From NCBI GenBank assembly GCA_025450405.1, contig JANWHL010000104.1:1-43537 (forward strand): a stretch of DNA of 43,537 bases, given 5' to 3'. Origin of the DNA: Ktedonobacterales bacterium. Its GTDB lineage: Bacteria; Chloroflexota; Ktedonobacteria; Ktedonobacterales; JADMIN01. The notes under the pieces are model-generated. The model did no database searches. It saw nothing but the letters and a program-made list of their open reading frames with translations, and was not told the DNA's origin. A program made the position numbers and the translations under genes. Position 1 is the first letter of the stretch. The number at the start of each line of letters is the position of its first letter. This document shows, piece after piece, positions 1-8,852 of the stretch.

Positions 1-1308
1 CAGGCGGCCGGCGACCAGCGCCGCGAGCGCCAGCGCCGCGGCGGCGAACCAGAGCTGCGAGCCCATCAGGTCGCCATATAGCACGTCGATCCACGAGAGT
101 GGGCTCAGCCACGCGGGGTAGGCATCCGACTGAGTCGCTGGGGTGACGACATAGACGACGAGAGACCACAGCATCAGGCAGATGGTGCCGCCGGTCGTGG
201 CGAGCGTTGCCAGCCCCAGTACCCGCGGCCATGAGCGATCCGCCGGGACCGCGGCAGCCGCGGCAGGCGCCATGAACGTAGCGTGTGCGCTGTCAGGCGT
301 GGCGATGTTGACCGTGGGCTCGCGCAGCCGCAGCAGCGCCGCCAGCAGGGTCAGGAACGGGAAAAGTGCCAACGCGGCGCAGATTATCCCGATGATCAGC
401 CACATGACGAGCGGGTTGTCTCCGCTCGCCGAATCCGGCGCTGGGAGGCCGTCGGTTGTCGCTACCCAGGCGTCCACCGCGCGCAGGGCCGTCGGATCGA
501 GGATGATGGTGATATGGTTTGCTCCCGGCACCACGCTATACCGTCGGCCGGTACCTTGCGACGGGTCGCCACACGCGCCAGTCGCCGGCAGACTGCCGCC
601 GCAGGCGGTGGAGGCCACCTGGGGCGCGAACTGCTTGACCTCAGCGAGGTCGTTCTGGCCGACAAGCACTAGCAGGTTCGCTGGCAGAGCCGCCGTGGGC
701 ACATACGCGAAGTCCGGCGAGATGAGGATCGTGGCGGTTAGGGCCGCGGGTGGCTGCGTCAGGGCATAGGTGCCCACGATATTGGTGCCAAATGAGTGCC
801 CGATGACCACCAGCCGCGGATTCGGCACGTCGGCGTGCGTGCGGGCAAAGGCTACCACTTCACCCAGGGCGGTCACCGCTCGCGCTGTCGCGTCCACCTG
901 GTCGCTTCCGATTGTGGCCGGAGATTCGCCAAAGCCAGGCAGGTCCATAAGGTAGCTTGGGACGCCGATGCGCGCCAGGGCGAGGCCCAGGCTGGTCATC
1001 GCTTCTTTATCCGCATCGAAGCCATGAACGAGCACGGCGACCGCGTCGCCCTGACGCCTAACGGGTGTGAAGCGCAGCACCGGTACGGGAATCGGACCAG
1101 CGACGGTGAACGCCTGGCGGCCGACTCCGGCTTGCGCCCGAAGGATCTCCAGAAGCGCGACACCGAAGCCGGCGAGCAGGACGACGAGCGCAACGCTATT
1201 GAGAAGCAACGCCAGGTTCCGGCGCGGCGGCGGTTGCGGAGGGGAGGCGGGCCGCGCTAGCTGGCCGGGGGTCGCCATCGCGGCCGATGGCGGCCGATCG
1301 TTCTTCAT
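1..1308 (-). CDS. alpha/beta-fold hydrolase with a C-terminal multi-pass membrane region (partial; 3' end runs off the left edge)
   Basis: Absent from the ORF track because no stop is reached inside the window. My own translation of the minus strand from ATG 1308 (SD GGAGGTG at 1314-1320) stays open to nt 1. It contains LVHGF, the nucleophile elbow V-I-G-H-S-F-G (reverse complement of 781-810) and GANH near the expected catalytic His. Hydrophobic helices follow (LVMWLIIGIICAALALFPFL, ICLMLWSLVVYVV, LWFAAAALALAALVAG). Confidence 0.7.
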   Translation of the reverse strand, partial: MKNDRPPSAAMATPGQLARPASPPQPPPRRNLALLLNSVALVVLLAGFGVALLEILRAQAGVGRQAFTVAGPIPVPVLRFTPVRRQGDAVAVLVHGFDADKEAMTSLGLALARIGVPSYLMDLPGFGESPATIGSDQVDATARAVTALGEVVAFARTHADVPNPRLVVIGHSFGTNIVGTYALTQPPAALTATILISPDFAYVPTAALPANLLVLVGQNDLAEVKQFAPQVASTACGGSLPATGACGDPSQGTGRRYSVVPGANHITIILDPTALRAVDAWVATTDGLPAPDSASGDNPLVMWLIIGIICAALALFPFLTLLAALLRLREPTVNIATPDSAHATFMAPAAAAAVPADRSWPRVLGLATLATTGGTICLMLWSLVVYVVTPATQSDAYPAWLSPLSWIDVLYGDLMGSQLWFAAAALALAALVAGRL

Positions 1309-1504
1309 CGGGGCACCTCCTGTACTGGGCAGCCATGCAGAGGGAGGGGCACTGGGAAGGTCGGACGCGGTTCGTGACGCTCGACTGACGGCGTCCGGCG
1401 TGAGGGTGGGCGAGGGAACGGCGACGGCGGCATCGTATCATGGTACGGGGAATGTGTCTAGCCCTTAGTTGCCCTCACTTGCCCTCGCTCCCTCTCGGCG
1501 GGGC

Positions 1505-1533
1505 TTGCCCTCGCGCCCGTTCGCTGGTACACT
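1505..1533 (+). promoter_or_regulatory. sigma-70-like promoter candidate, TTGCCC-17-TACACT with TGn extended -10, upstream of the MFS gene
   Basis: TTGCCC at 1505-1510, a 17-nt spacer, TACACT at 1528-1533 preceded by TGG. Lies about 90 nt upstream of ATG 1625. The motif CTTGCCCTCGC occurs twice (1476-1486, 1504-1514). Confidence 0.4.
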
Positions 1534-1624
1534 GCGCACAAGCTCGGATGCCCGCCGACTCCGGCCCGCGTGGCGGTCGTGGGGCGGCGGTGGGGCGGCG
1601 GTGCGTGAGAGAGGAGTGCGGGCC

Positions 1625-3007
1625 ATGATGGAAGAATCGGCGCGCGCATCGGAAGCCGGCACACCGCCGGCGAGCGCGCTGCCAGAGAGCGCGCCGCGCC
1701 TGCCCACGCGCACGGCGCCGCTCCACCAACCCCGGCTTTCGATTGGGCGGACGCTGCTCTATTCCAGCGGCAACTTTGGCGCCGGCATTTTCTACGCGTT
1801 CAACAACTTCATCCTCTCGCTGTATCTGCTCGGCCTGGGCGCGCCGCCCGTCCTGCTGGGGTTGCTCAGCAGCACGCGCTCGGCCGAGGGCGCGGTGATC
1901 CAGCCACTCGTCGGCGCCTGGAGCGACCGCACCTGGAACCGGCTCGGGCGGCGCCGGCCGTTCATCGTCGGCTTTCTCCCGATTAGCGCGCTCTTCCTCG
2001 TCGTGACGGCCTTTGTCCCCAGCTTCCAGAGCTACGGCGCGCGTTTCGGCCTCAGCCCCCAGCTCTTCACTCTGATCCTCGTGTCCGCCGGCATCTTCCT
2101 CTTCACCGTCACCTTCAACATCATGGTGGACCCGTACACCGCGCTGCTGGCGGACATCACCCCCCCACGCCAGCGCGGCAACGTCAACGGCATCTTCCAG
2201 GCGATCGGCGCGGCGGGCCAGATGGGTGTGCTCCTGTTCAGCGTCTTCCTCTTTCGCGCGGTCGCCACCGGCCAGAGCTACTTCACACTCTTCCTGCTGA
2301 CGGCCGGAGCGCTCATCCTCTGTTTCGTCCCCACGGTCCTCGGCGTGCGGGAGCCGCGCACGCTGGTGAACAAGGCGGTCCAGCGTCGCTACACGCTCCG
2401 CGACTACTGGCTGGCGCTGCGCGGCGAGCGCCAGGTCCAGCTCTATTTCGCGGTCCAGTTCTTCCTCTGGTTCGGCATCAGCGCCATCACGCCGTTCCTG
2501 ACGATCTATGCCAAGGTCGTGATCGGGCTCAATAATAGCGGCGCGCTGCTGCTCTCCTTCATCTTGCTGGCCAGCACGGCCCTCTTCAACTGGCCGGCGG
2601 GTGCCCTCGCCGACCGGCTGGGGCTGAAGCGCGTCTTCCTGGTCGGCATGATCCTGCTGGCGGGCGCCAGCATCGTCGGCATCTTCATTCGCGCGCCGCT
2701 ACTGCTCTACATTACGCTTGGCGTCGCTGGCATCGGCAACGCCGCACAGACCGGCAGCTCGTATCCGCTGCTGACACGCCTGGTGCGCCCGGACCGCATG
2801 GGCCTCTACACCGGGCTTAACAGCACGTTGACCTCCATCGCCGCGCCAGTCTCGGGCCTGATCGCCGGGCTGGTCATCACCGCCTACGGCTACACGTTCA
2901 TGTTCCCGTTCGTGGCGGCGATGTTCCTGCTCTCACTCATCCCCCTGGCGTTCCTGGACCTCGCGAAGGGCGAAGCGCACGTCCGAGCGGAGCTGGAGGC
3001 GGCATAA
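1625..3007 (+). CDS. MFS transporter, GPH/SLC45 (glycoside or sucrose-H+ symporter-like) type
   Basis: ORF 1469-3007. Start moved to in-frame ATG 1625 (SD GAGAGGAG upstream) because the 52 upstream codons are Arg/Gly-rich junk. Many hydrophobic helices and the family loop motif GAWSDRTWNRLGRRRPF. Confidence 0.8.
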   Translation: MMEESARASEAGTPPASALPESAPRLPTRTAPLHQPRLSIGRTLLYSSGNFGAGIFYAFNNFILSLYLLGLGAPPVLLGLLSSTRSAEGAVIQPLVGAWSDRTWNRLGRRRPFIVGFLPISALFLVVTAFVPSFQSYGARFGLSPQLFTLILVSAGIFLFTVTFNIMVDPYTALLADITPPRQRGNVNGIFQAIGAAGQMGVLLFSVFLFRAVATGQSYFTLFLLTAGALILCFVPTVLGVREPRTLVNKAVQRRYTLRDYWLALRGERQVQLYFAVQFFLWFGISAITPFLTIYAKVVIGLNNSGALLLSFILLASTALFNWPAGALADRLGLKRVFLVGMILLAGASIVGIFIRAPLLLYITLGVAGIGNAAQTGSSYPLLTRLVRPDRMGLYTGLNSTLTSIAAPVSGLIAGLVITAYGYTFMFPFVAAMFLLSLIPLAFLDLAKGEAHVRAELEAA

Positions 3008-3083
3008 CGACCGGAGCAAACCAAGCGCGAAGATGCCATCCCGACACCTCATCGAGAGGGCATCTACCGCGCTGCGAGAAGAA

Positions 3084-4976
3084 CTACTCTGCCGGGGAGG
3101 CATGGGCGACAGCCTCAGCCGCTTCACGCTCCATGCGCTCCGGCGCGTCCATCCCCAGCAGGTGAAGGGTGCGCGCCAAGCCAGCGCGGGCGGCGGCCAT
3201 CAGGCGCAGGCGCGCCATCTGGACGTCACGTGGCACGTCACTCCCCGCCTTCAGGATCGGGCAGGTGTCGTAGAAGAGGTGATATGCCTCCGCCAGCGCC
3301 ATCCCGTACGCCGTCAACAGGTGCGGCTCGTGCGTCGCGGCGGCGCGCTCGACCACCTCTTCCAGCCGCAGCAGCTCGCGCAGCAGGTTGAGCTCCGCCG
3401 CCAGTTCGTCGGGCCGGTCATTGGCCAGCGCCAGGGGGTCGGCCTCGGCGTACTGATCTGGCGCGATACCGCGCTCCTCCGCTTTGCGGAAGACCCCAGA
3501 CGCTCGGGCGTGGGCGTACTGCACCGAGAGGCCCGGGTTGTCGCTGGTCTGCTTGCGTGCGAGCTCCAGATCAAAATCGAGCGGGGTCTCATTGGCGCGC
3601 ATCAGGTAGAAGAAGCGCGTCACGTCCGCCCCGAGCTCATCGTCTAGCTCGTCCAACGTCACGGCATTCCCGAGCCGCTTGCCCATCCGCATTGTCCGTC
3701 CGCCGACCTTGAGCGCGACATTGCCGTAGATCAGGACGTGGACGCGCTCGGGGTCGTGGCCCAGCATGGCGGCCGTGGCCTTGAGCCGGCCAATATAGCC
3801 ATGGTGGTCCGGACCCAGGATGAAGATCAACTGGTCGAATCCGCGCTCGAATTTGTTGCGCATGTACGCGATGTCTGAGGTGATGTACGTCGGCTCACCG
3901 CTGGACTTGATGATCACTCGGTCCTGGTCATCGCCCAATTGCGACGACTTCATCCAGACCGCGCCCGCGCGCTCCTCCAGATAGCCACCATCACGCAGCG
4001 CCTTGATCCCGGCCTCGATCTCGCCACTGGGCGCCAACGACGCCTGATTGAACCAGACGTCAAACTCCACGTTCATCCGCCGCATAGTGTCCTGGATGTC
4101 GCGCATAATGATGTCCGCCGCGGCCTTGCCAAGCGCCGGTCCGCCCTCGGTCGCGGGCCCCTCGAGCAGGGCACCCCCATCCCGCATCAGCAGCCGCTCG
4201 GCCACGGATTCGTAGTAGGGATCGTAGTAGCCGCGCGGCTTGCGCGGCTTCGCGGCTGTCTGCGCCGGAGCGGAGTCTCCGCCGCCCTTGCCCTTCTGGA
4301 AGCGCGCGGAGGGCTTGACGACCTCAGGCGCGGCTTCGTTCTCGATGTCGTCGATCTGGCAGAAGACCGGCTCTCCGAGGATAAACCGGCAGTAGCGCTC
4401 CATCGAGAAGCCGAGTTGGTCGATCTGGCCGCCCGCGTCGTTGAAGTAATACTCCTTGGTGACGTCGTAGCCGGCGGCGTGCATCAAGTTGCCGAGCGCG
4501 TCGCCCAGGAAGGCGCCTCGGCCATTGGCGACCGTCACCGGCCCGGTGGGGTTGGCGCTCACGAATTCCAGATTGACGCGCGTGCCCCGACCAACGTCTA
4601 CGGCGCCCAGCCCGGCGCCCGCGGCGAGGACATCCGCGGTCTGGCGCAGCAGCCACCGCTCGCCGAGGCGCAGGTTGATGAAGCCGGGACCCGCCACCTC
4701 AACCGCAGTGACCAGATCATAGGCGGGCACAACCGCGACCATTTCCCTGATTTCAGTGGCTATGGTCTCGGCGAGCGCGCGCGGCGTGCCCGGGAGGCCC
4801 ACAGACCGCAGCGCCGCGGCCAGTTTCATAGCTACGTTCGTCGAGTAATCGCCGTGGGCGGCGACCTGGGGGCGCATGATCTCGACCGCGGGAATCTCCA
4901 CGTCTGGGAACGCGCCGTGTTCCGTCAGGGCGGCGACCGCCTTCGTGATAATGTCGCGGATCGTGTCTTGAAGCAT
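3084..4976 (-). CDS. argS: arginine--tRNA ligase (arginyl-tRNA synthetase)
   Basis: ORF 3084-5015. Start moved to ATG 4976 (SD GGAGGAGGAG). Diagnostic blocks: HGDYSTNVAMKLA, FVSANPTGP, EYYFNDAGGQ, GPDHHGYIGRL and a helical anticodon-binding C-terminus. The HIGH position is deviant (see findings). Confidence 0.93.
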   Translation of the reverse strand: MLQDTIRDIITKAVAALTEHGAFPDVEIPAVEIMRPQVAAHGDYSTNVAMKLAAALRSVGLPGTPRALAETIATEIREMVAVVPAYDLVTAVEVAGPGFINLRLGERWLLRQTADVLAAGAGLGAVDVGRGTRVNLEFVSANPTGPVTVANGRGAFLGDALGNLMHAAGYDVTKEYYFNDAGGQIDQLGFSMERYCRFILGEPVFCQIDDIENEAAPEVVKPSARFQKGKGGGDSAPAQTAAKPRKPRGYYDPYYESVAERLLMRDGGALLEGPATEGGPALGKAAADIIMRDIQDTMRRMNVEFDVWFNQASLAPSGEIEAGIKALRDGGYLEERAGAVWMKSSQLGDDQDRVIIKSSGEPTYITSDIAYMRNKFERGFDQLIFILGPDHHGYIGRLKATAAMLGHDPERVHVLIYGNVALKVGGRTMRMGKRLGNAVTLDELDDELGADVTRFFYLMRANETPLDFDLELARKQTSDNPGLSVQYAHARASGVFRKAEERGIAPDQYAEADPLALANDRPDELAAELNLLRELLRLEEVVERAAATHEPHLLTAYGMALAEAYHLFYDTCPILKAGSDVPRDVQMARLRLMAAARAGLARTLHLLGMDAPERMEREAAEAVAHASPAE

Positions 4977-5261
4977 GGACGAACTCCTCCTCCGACCAGG
5001 GGGGGTGAAAATCAATGGATGAGGTCAATGCGCGCGACGAGCACGGCGGCCTGCCAAGCGTCGCTAGCGCTCCACGCACGCCCGAGATGCCCGCGACCGC
5101 CGGACAGCGGCTCGGCGACCTGCAAGCCAGTCAGCGGCCGCCGGTACGACTCGGCGTTCCCGTCCGCACGATCTTTGCCGAGCGCCGATGTTTAGCGCAT
5201 CGTCGTGCGCTGGCGACCACCATGTGGATCGAGGAGAGCCGGCGGTCGGTCCGAGGGGCCG

Positions 5262-5912
5262 CTATTCGCCCTTAGCGTAGCCGAGCAGCACGTGCTCCAG
5301 CACCGGTAATTCGTCGAACGCGTTATCCTGGCTGACGACGACCTCGCGGTCATTGCAGGAATCCAGGAAGGCGAGCGACGGTTGGCCACGCGGCCGACGG
5401 AACGGGTCACCCATCACCACTCGGCTGAGCTGCACCTGTGGGCCCGGACGCAGCCGTTCCGGCTCGTCGGGCCGCTTTACGCCTTTGAGGGTGACAAACG
5501 AGACGCAACGCATCGGCACACGGGTCGTACGGCCGGGCTCGACCTTCACATAGTCGTCGGGGGTCATGATCAGGAGATACTGGTCGGCACGCGCCAAACG
5601 GACCAGGTCAGCGATCACCAATCCCAGGCCACCAAACGCCAGGGCGCCTGGGATGACAATCAGCAGCACGGTGAAGACGGCGAGCGTCGAGCTCTTCTGA
5701 AAATTAGATGGAATTGTAGCCAGAACCACGGGAACAAACAACACGAACCCGAGGAGAGAGGCGGCGGCCCACCCGAGCGCCATCTTGCGGACCTGGTCGC
5801 GCCGCAACGGCCAGACGAACCAGCCTGAGGGCGTGCTGCCTGACCGAGCCGTGTCGACGATCCGCCGCGTGTCTATATCCGAGTCAGCGGCCGAGCCGTG
5901 CGCCTCTTGCAT
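5262..5912 (-). CDS. hypothetical membrane protein (two TM helices followed by a possible bacterial PH-like domain)
   Basis: ORF 5262-6038. Start moved to ATG 5912 (SD GGGAGGG 6 nt upstream). Two clear hydrophobic helices (LGWAAASLLGFVLFVPVVLATI, LAVFTVLLIVIPGALAFGGLGLVIA) followed by a soluble beta-rich tail. I recognise no family with confidence. Confidence 0.55.
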   Translation of the reverse strand: MQEAHGSAADSDIDTRRIVDTARSGSTPSGWFVWPLRRDQVRKMALGWAAASLLGFVLFVPVVLATIPSNFQKSSTLAVFTVLLIVIPGALAFGGLGLVIADLVRLARADQYLLIMTPDDYVKVEPGRTTRVPMRCVSFVTLKGVKRPDEPERLRPGPQVQLSRVVMGDPFRRPRGQPSLAFLDSCNDREVVVSQDNAFDELPVLEHVLLGYAKGE

Positions 5913-6194
5913 ATGCTGCCCTCCCGTCCACAGCCCGAGGACGGTTTCTTCGCGAGTTCTCCGTAAGCGCGCCGCGCGCTCGCGACCACAGGCCGCGGTC
6001 CACCGCCGCCGGCGTGGCCGACGGACCGTCGTCCTCAATTATAGCATCAGCGCGAGATCAAGCTCTGCGGTGGCGCGGCATGGCACGGAAGGGGGCCGCG
6101 GGGGGCCGCTCGCGCGCCTGGGTGTATACTGTGCGTAGCGCCGCCCGTGCTCAACACAACTTACTCTCCCGCGGGGATGGCGCGGAGGTCCGCC

Positions 6195-6902
6195 ATGCGC
6201 CGCTGCGTTTGTGGGGCGTCGATCCGCTACGGGTCCGTCCGCTGCTATCAGTGCGGCCGAATCATACCGGCCGAGCCGGAAGCCGCGCCGCCGTCCGAGC
6301 CGGAGACGATGACGGCCAGCGTTGGACTCGCCGCCAATTCGGAGCGCTCCGGCGTGGGGTTCGCCAACGTGCCGGGCGGCACGGGTATGGCCGCGACGCA
6401 CCCTGCCACAGTGACCCTCGACGGCGGCGCCGCGACGGACGCGGAGAGCGTGGTGGATGGCACCGCCGCGACCGCTACCTGTCAACTATGCGGCGCGCCG
6501 CTCGCCACCGACGCGGCGTTCTGCCATCGCTGCGGCGCGCCGCGAATGATCGGTGGGGCATCACCGTTCTGGGCCGGGCGCCAGGCCGTGCCGTATCGTC
6601 AGGCGCTGGCGCGGGGCGTGACCAGGGCCGCCCTCAAACGCAAGTCTCCGCGGCTCGCGGGTTTCCTCGAGTTCCTGCTGGCGGGCGTTGGGCTCATCTA
6701 CGCCGGTGCCGTCTGGCAGGGTATCGCCGTCCTGATCGGCACCCTGCTCGTCGCGGCCCTCGCGAGCTCCTTGACCACCGACGCCGCGAATACGGAGCTC
6801 TTGCTCGGCGGCTTCGTCTGGGCTGTGGTGCGCATCTTCCTGGCAGTCAACGCCGCGCGGGCGCACAACGCGCGGTTGGAAGACGACTCGCCGCACCAGT
6901 AG
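6195..6902 (+). CDS. double zinc-ribbon protein with a C-terminal TM2-like membrane anchor
   Basis: ORF 6147-6902. Start moved to ATG 6195 (SD GGAGG 6 nt upstream). Two CxxC...CxxC ribbons (CVCG..CYQCG and CQLCG..CHRCG) separated by an Ala/Thr/Gly-rich linker. C-terminus has LAGFLEFLLAGVGLIYAG plus a second helix. Confidence 0.6.
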   Translation: MRRCVCGASIRYGSVRCYQCGRIIPAEPEAAPPSEPETMTASVGLAANSERSGVGFANVPGGTGMAATHPATVTLDGGAATDAESVVDGTAATATCQLCGAPLATDAAFCHRCGAPRMIGGASPFWAGRQAVPYRQALARGVTRAALKRKSPRLAGFLEFLLAGVGLIYAGAVWQGIAVLIGTLLVAALASSLTTDAANTELLLGGFVWAVVRIFLAVNAARAHNARLEDDSPHQ

Positions 6903-6945
6903 TGTCAGACGCCCAGTACGGGCAAGCGGCGAGCCCACCCGATGA

Positions 6946-7317
6946 TTATGGCCCTCCCGGCTCGTACGCTCCGTCCGTCCGCGCCGCCATGATGAAATCG
7001 TTGCGGTGCAGGCCCTTGACCGTATGGGTCCACCAGGTGACCGTTGTCTTGCCCCACTCGGTAAGTATCGCTGGATGATGCTGCGCGGCTTCGGCGAGTG
7101 CGCCGACCGCGTCCGTAAACGCCAGCGCCTGGGCGAAGTCGCGAAACGCGAAGGTCCGTTCAAGCTGGGCGACGCCGTCACGCTCGACAATGCGCCAATC
7201 CGGCACGTGCGCGCGCAGCGCCGCGACCATGGTGTCGTCCATTGCCGACTCACCACTCCGGAGTTCCGCGGGAGTCTCCCGCGCCAATTCTTGTGGGTCC
7301 CTTGGATTGGTCATCAT
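6946..7317 (-). CDS. 4a-hydroxytetrahydrobiopterin (pterin-4-alpha-carbinolamine) dehydratase
   Basis: ORF 6946-7542. Start moved to ATG 7317 (SD GAGGGAGG). Family pattern [50 protein letters not shown]. Confidence 0.85.
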   Translation of the reverse strand: MMTNPRDPQELARETPAELRSGESAMDDTMVAALRAHVPDWRIVERDGVAQLERTFAFRDFAQALAFTDAVGALAEAAQHHPAILTEWGKTTVTWWTHTVKGLHRNDFIMAARTDGAYEPGGP

Positions 7318-7500
7318 ACACCTCCCTCGTATCCGCAATCTCCCGCGAGTCCGTCGGCGGGCACGCAAGGTATCCGCCCGCGCTTTGAGTGCGGATTGTC
7401 GCAGGAACACGGCCGCCGTCTCACGGACCGCGCGCGAGGGCAACGGAATCGGAGTCGCGCCGGAGCCGGGCACCGGAGGTCCTGAAATGAGTGCCGGCGA

Positions 7501-7529
7501 TTGTGACGGGGGGGCCGGTCTGCTAGAAT
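7501..7529 (+). promoter_or_regulatory. promoter candidate, TTGTGA-17-TAGAAT with TGc extended -10, upstream of the wecB block
   Basis: TTGTGA at 7501-7506, a 17-nt spacer, TGC then TAGAAT at 7524-7529. About 120 nt upstream of ATG 7651. Confidence 0.4.
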
Positions 7530-7650
7530 TGCTGCGGCACACCTATGTCCGCGCGCCAATCTGGATGGCGCGTGGCGCCCGATTCGGGTGCTAGTGGCCG
7601 CGTGTAAGCACGAGGCGCGAAGCCTGGCGCGAATGGTGGGAGAGCGAGTT

Positions 7651-8760
7651 ATGCGGTTTGCCGCGGTCGTGGGAGCACGGCCGGAATTCGTCCAGCTCAC
7701 CCCACTGAGCCTGGCGCTGCGTGAAGTCGGGCACGAACAGGTCATCATCCACACCGGGCAACATTACGACGATCGCATGTCGGCGACATTCTTCGAGGAA
7801 CTGCCACTGCCCAAGCCGGACTACCACCTGGGGGTGGGTTCCGGCCGGCACGGCGTCCAGACCGGGGCCATGCTCGAACAGCTTGAGCGGGTGTTGATGA
7901 GAGATCGTCCAGATGGTGTGATCGTCTTCGGCGACACTAATTCCACATTGGCTGCCGCACTGGCGGCGGTGAAGCTGCATATCCCCGTGGCGCACGTGGA
8001 GGCCGGCCTGCGGAGTTTCAATCGCACGATGCCCGAGGAGATCAACCGCGTGGTAACCGACCACGTCGCCACCCGGCTCTTCTCGCCAACCGAGACCGGC
8101 ATGCGCAATCTGGAACGCGAGGGCATCACGCGCGGTGTCGAGGTGACGGGCGATGTCATGTACGACATCCTGCGGCGCGTGCGCCCGCGGCTGGCGAAGC
8201 GCGCCCACCAACTGCTGCCCGCGCTCGGCCTGGAGCCCGGCGGGTACGTGTTGGCGACCATCCACCGGCCCGGGAACACCGACGATCCCGAGGCGATGCA
8301 ACGGATCGCGCGAGCCTTCACGCGGGCGGAGATGCCGGTCATGTTTTCCGTCCACCCGCGCACACGCAAGCTGCTCGACCAGTACGGGATCCCGTGGGGA
8401 GCCCACGTTTCGCTGATCGAGCCGGTTGGCTATCTCGACATGTTGACGCTCGAGGAATCGGCGCGCTGCGTGGCCACCGACTCGGGCGGCGTCCAGAAGG
8501 AAGCGTTTCTCCTCGGTGTGCCATGCGTGACCATGCGCGAGGACACCGAGTGGGTGGAAACCGTTGAGTACGGTTGGAACGTGTTGACCGGGAGTCGGAC
8601 GGAGGCCATCATCGCCGGGATCCAGCGGCCAAGGCCAGCGCCACCCGCGCGCAATCCATTCGGCGAGGGGGACGCGGCGCGGCGCATCGCGGAATCTTTG
8701 CGAACGTGGAGCGGGAACCTCCAGCCACGTGATGAGCGGGATGTGATCGAGTTACCGTGA
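7651..8760 (+). CDS. wecB: UDP-N-acetylglucosamine 2-epimerase (non-hydrolysing)
   Basis: ORF 7588-8760. Start moved to ATG 7651 (MRFAAVVGARPEF). Blocks HTGQHYD, VFGDTNSTLAAALAA, HVEAGLRSFNRTMPEEINR. Confidence 0.9.
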   Translation: MRFAAVVGARPEFVQLTPLSLALREVGHEQVIIHTGQHYDDRMSATFFEELPLPKPDYHLGVGSGRHGVQTGAMLEQLERVLMRDRPDGVIVFGDTNSTLAAALAAVKLHIPVAHVEAGLRSFNRTMPEEINRVVTDHVATRLFSPTETGMRNLEREGITRGVEVTGDVMYDILRRVRPRLAKRAHQLLPALGLEPGGYVLATIHRPGNTDDPEAMQRIARAFTRAEMPVMFSVHPRTRKLLDQYGIPWGAHVSLIEPVGYLDMLTLEESARCVATDSGGVQKEAFLLGVPCVTMREDTEWVETVEYGWNVLTGSRTEAIIAGIQRPRPAPPARNPFGEGDAARRIAESLRTWSGNLQPRDERDVIELP

Positions 8761-8852
8761 ATGGGCTCGCACGTCAATTTTACTGGTCGAGGATATCCTC
8801 GTGGCGTGACCTCACAGGGGCGCGACCGGCTCCATCGTCGGAGGCATCTCGG

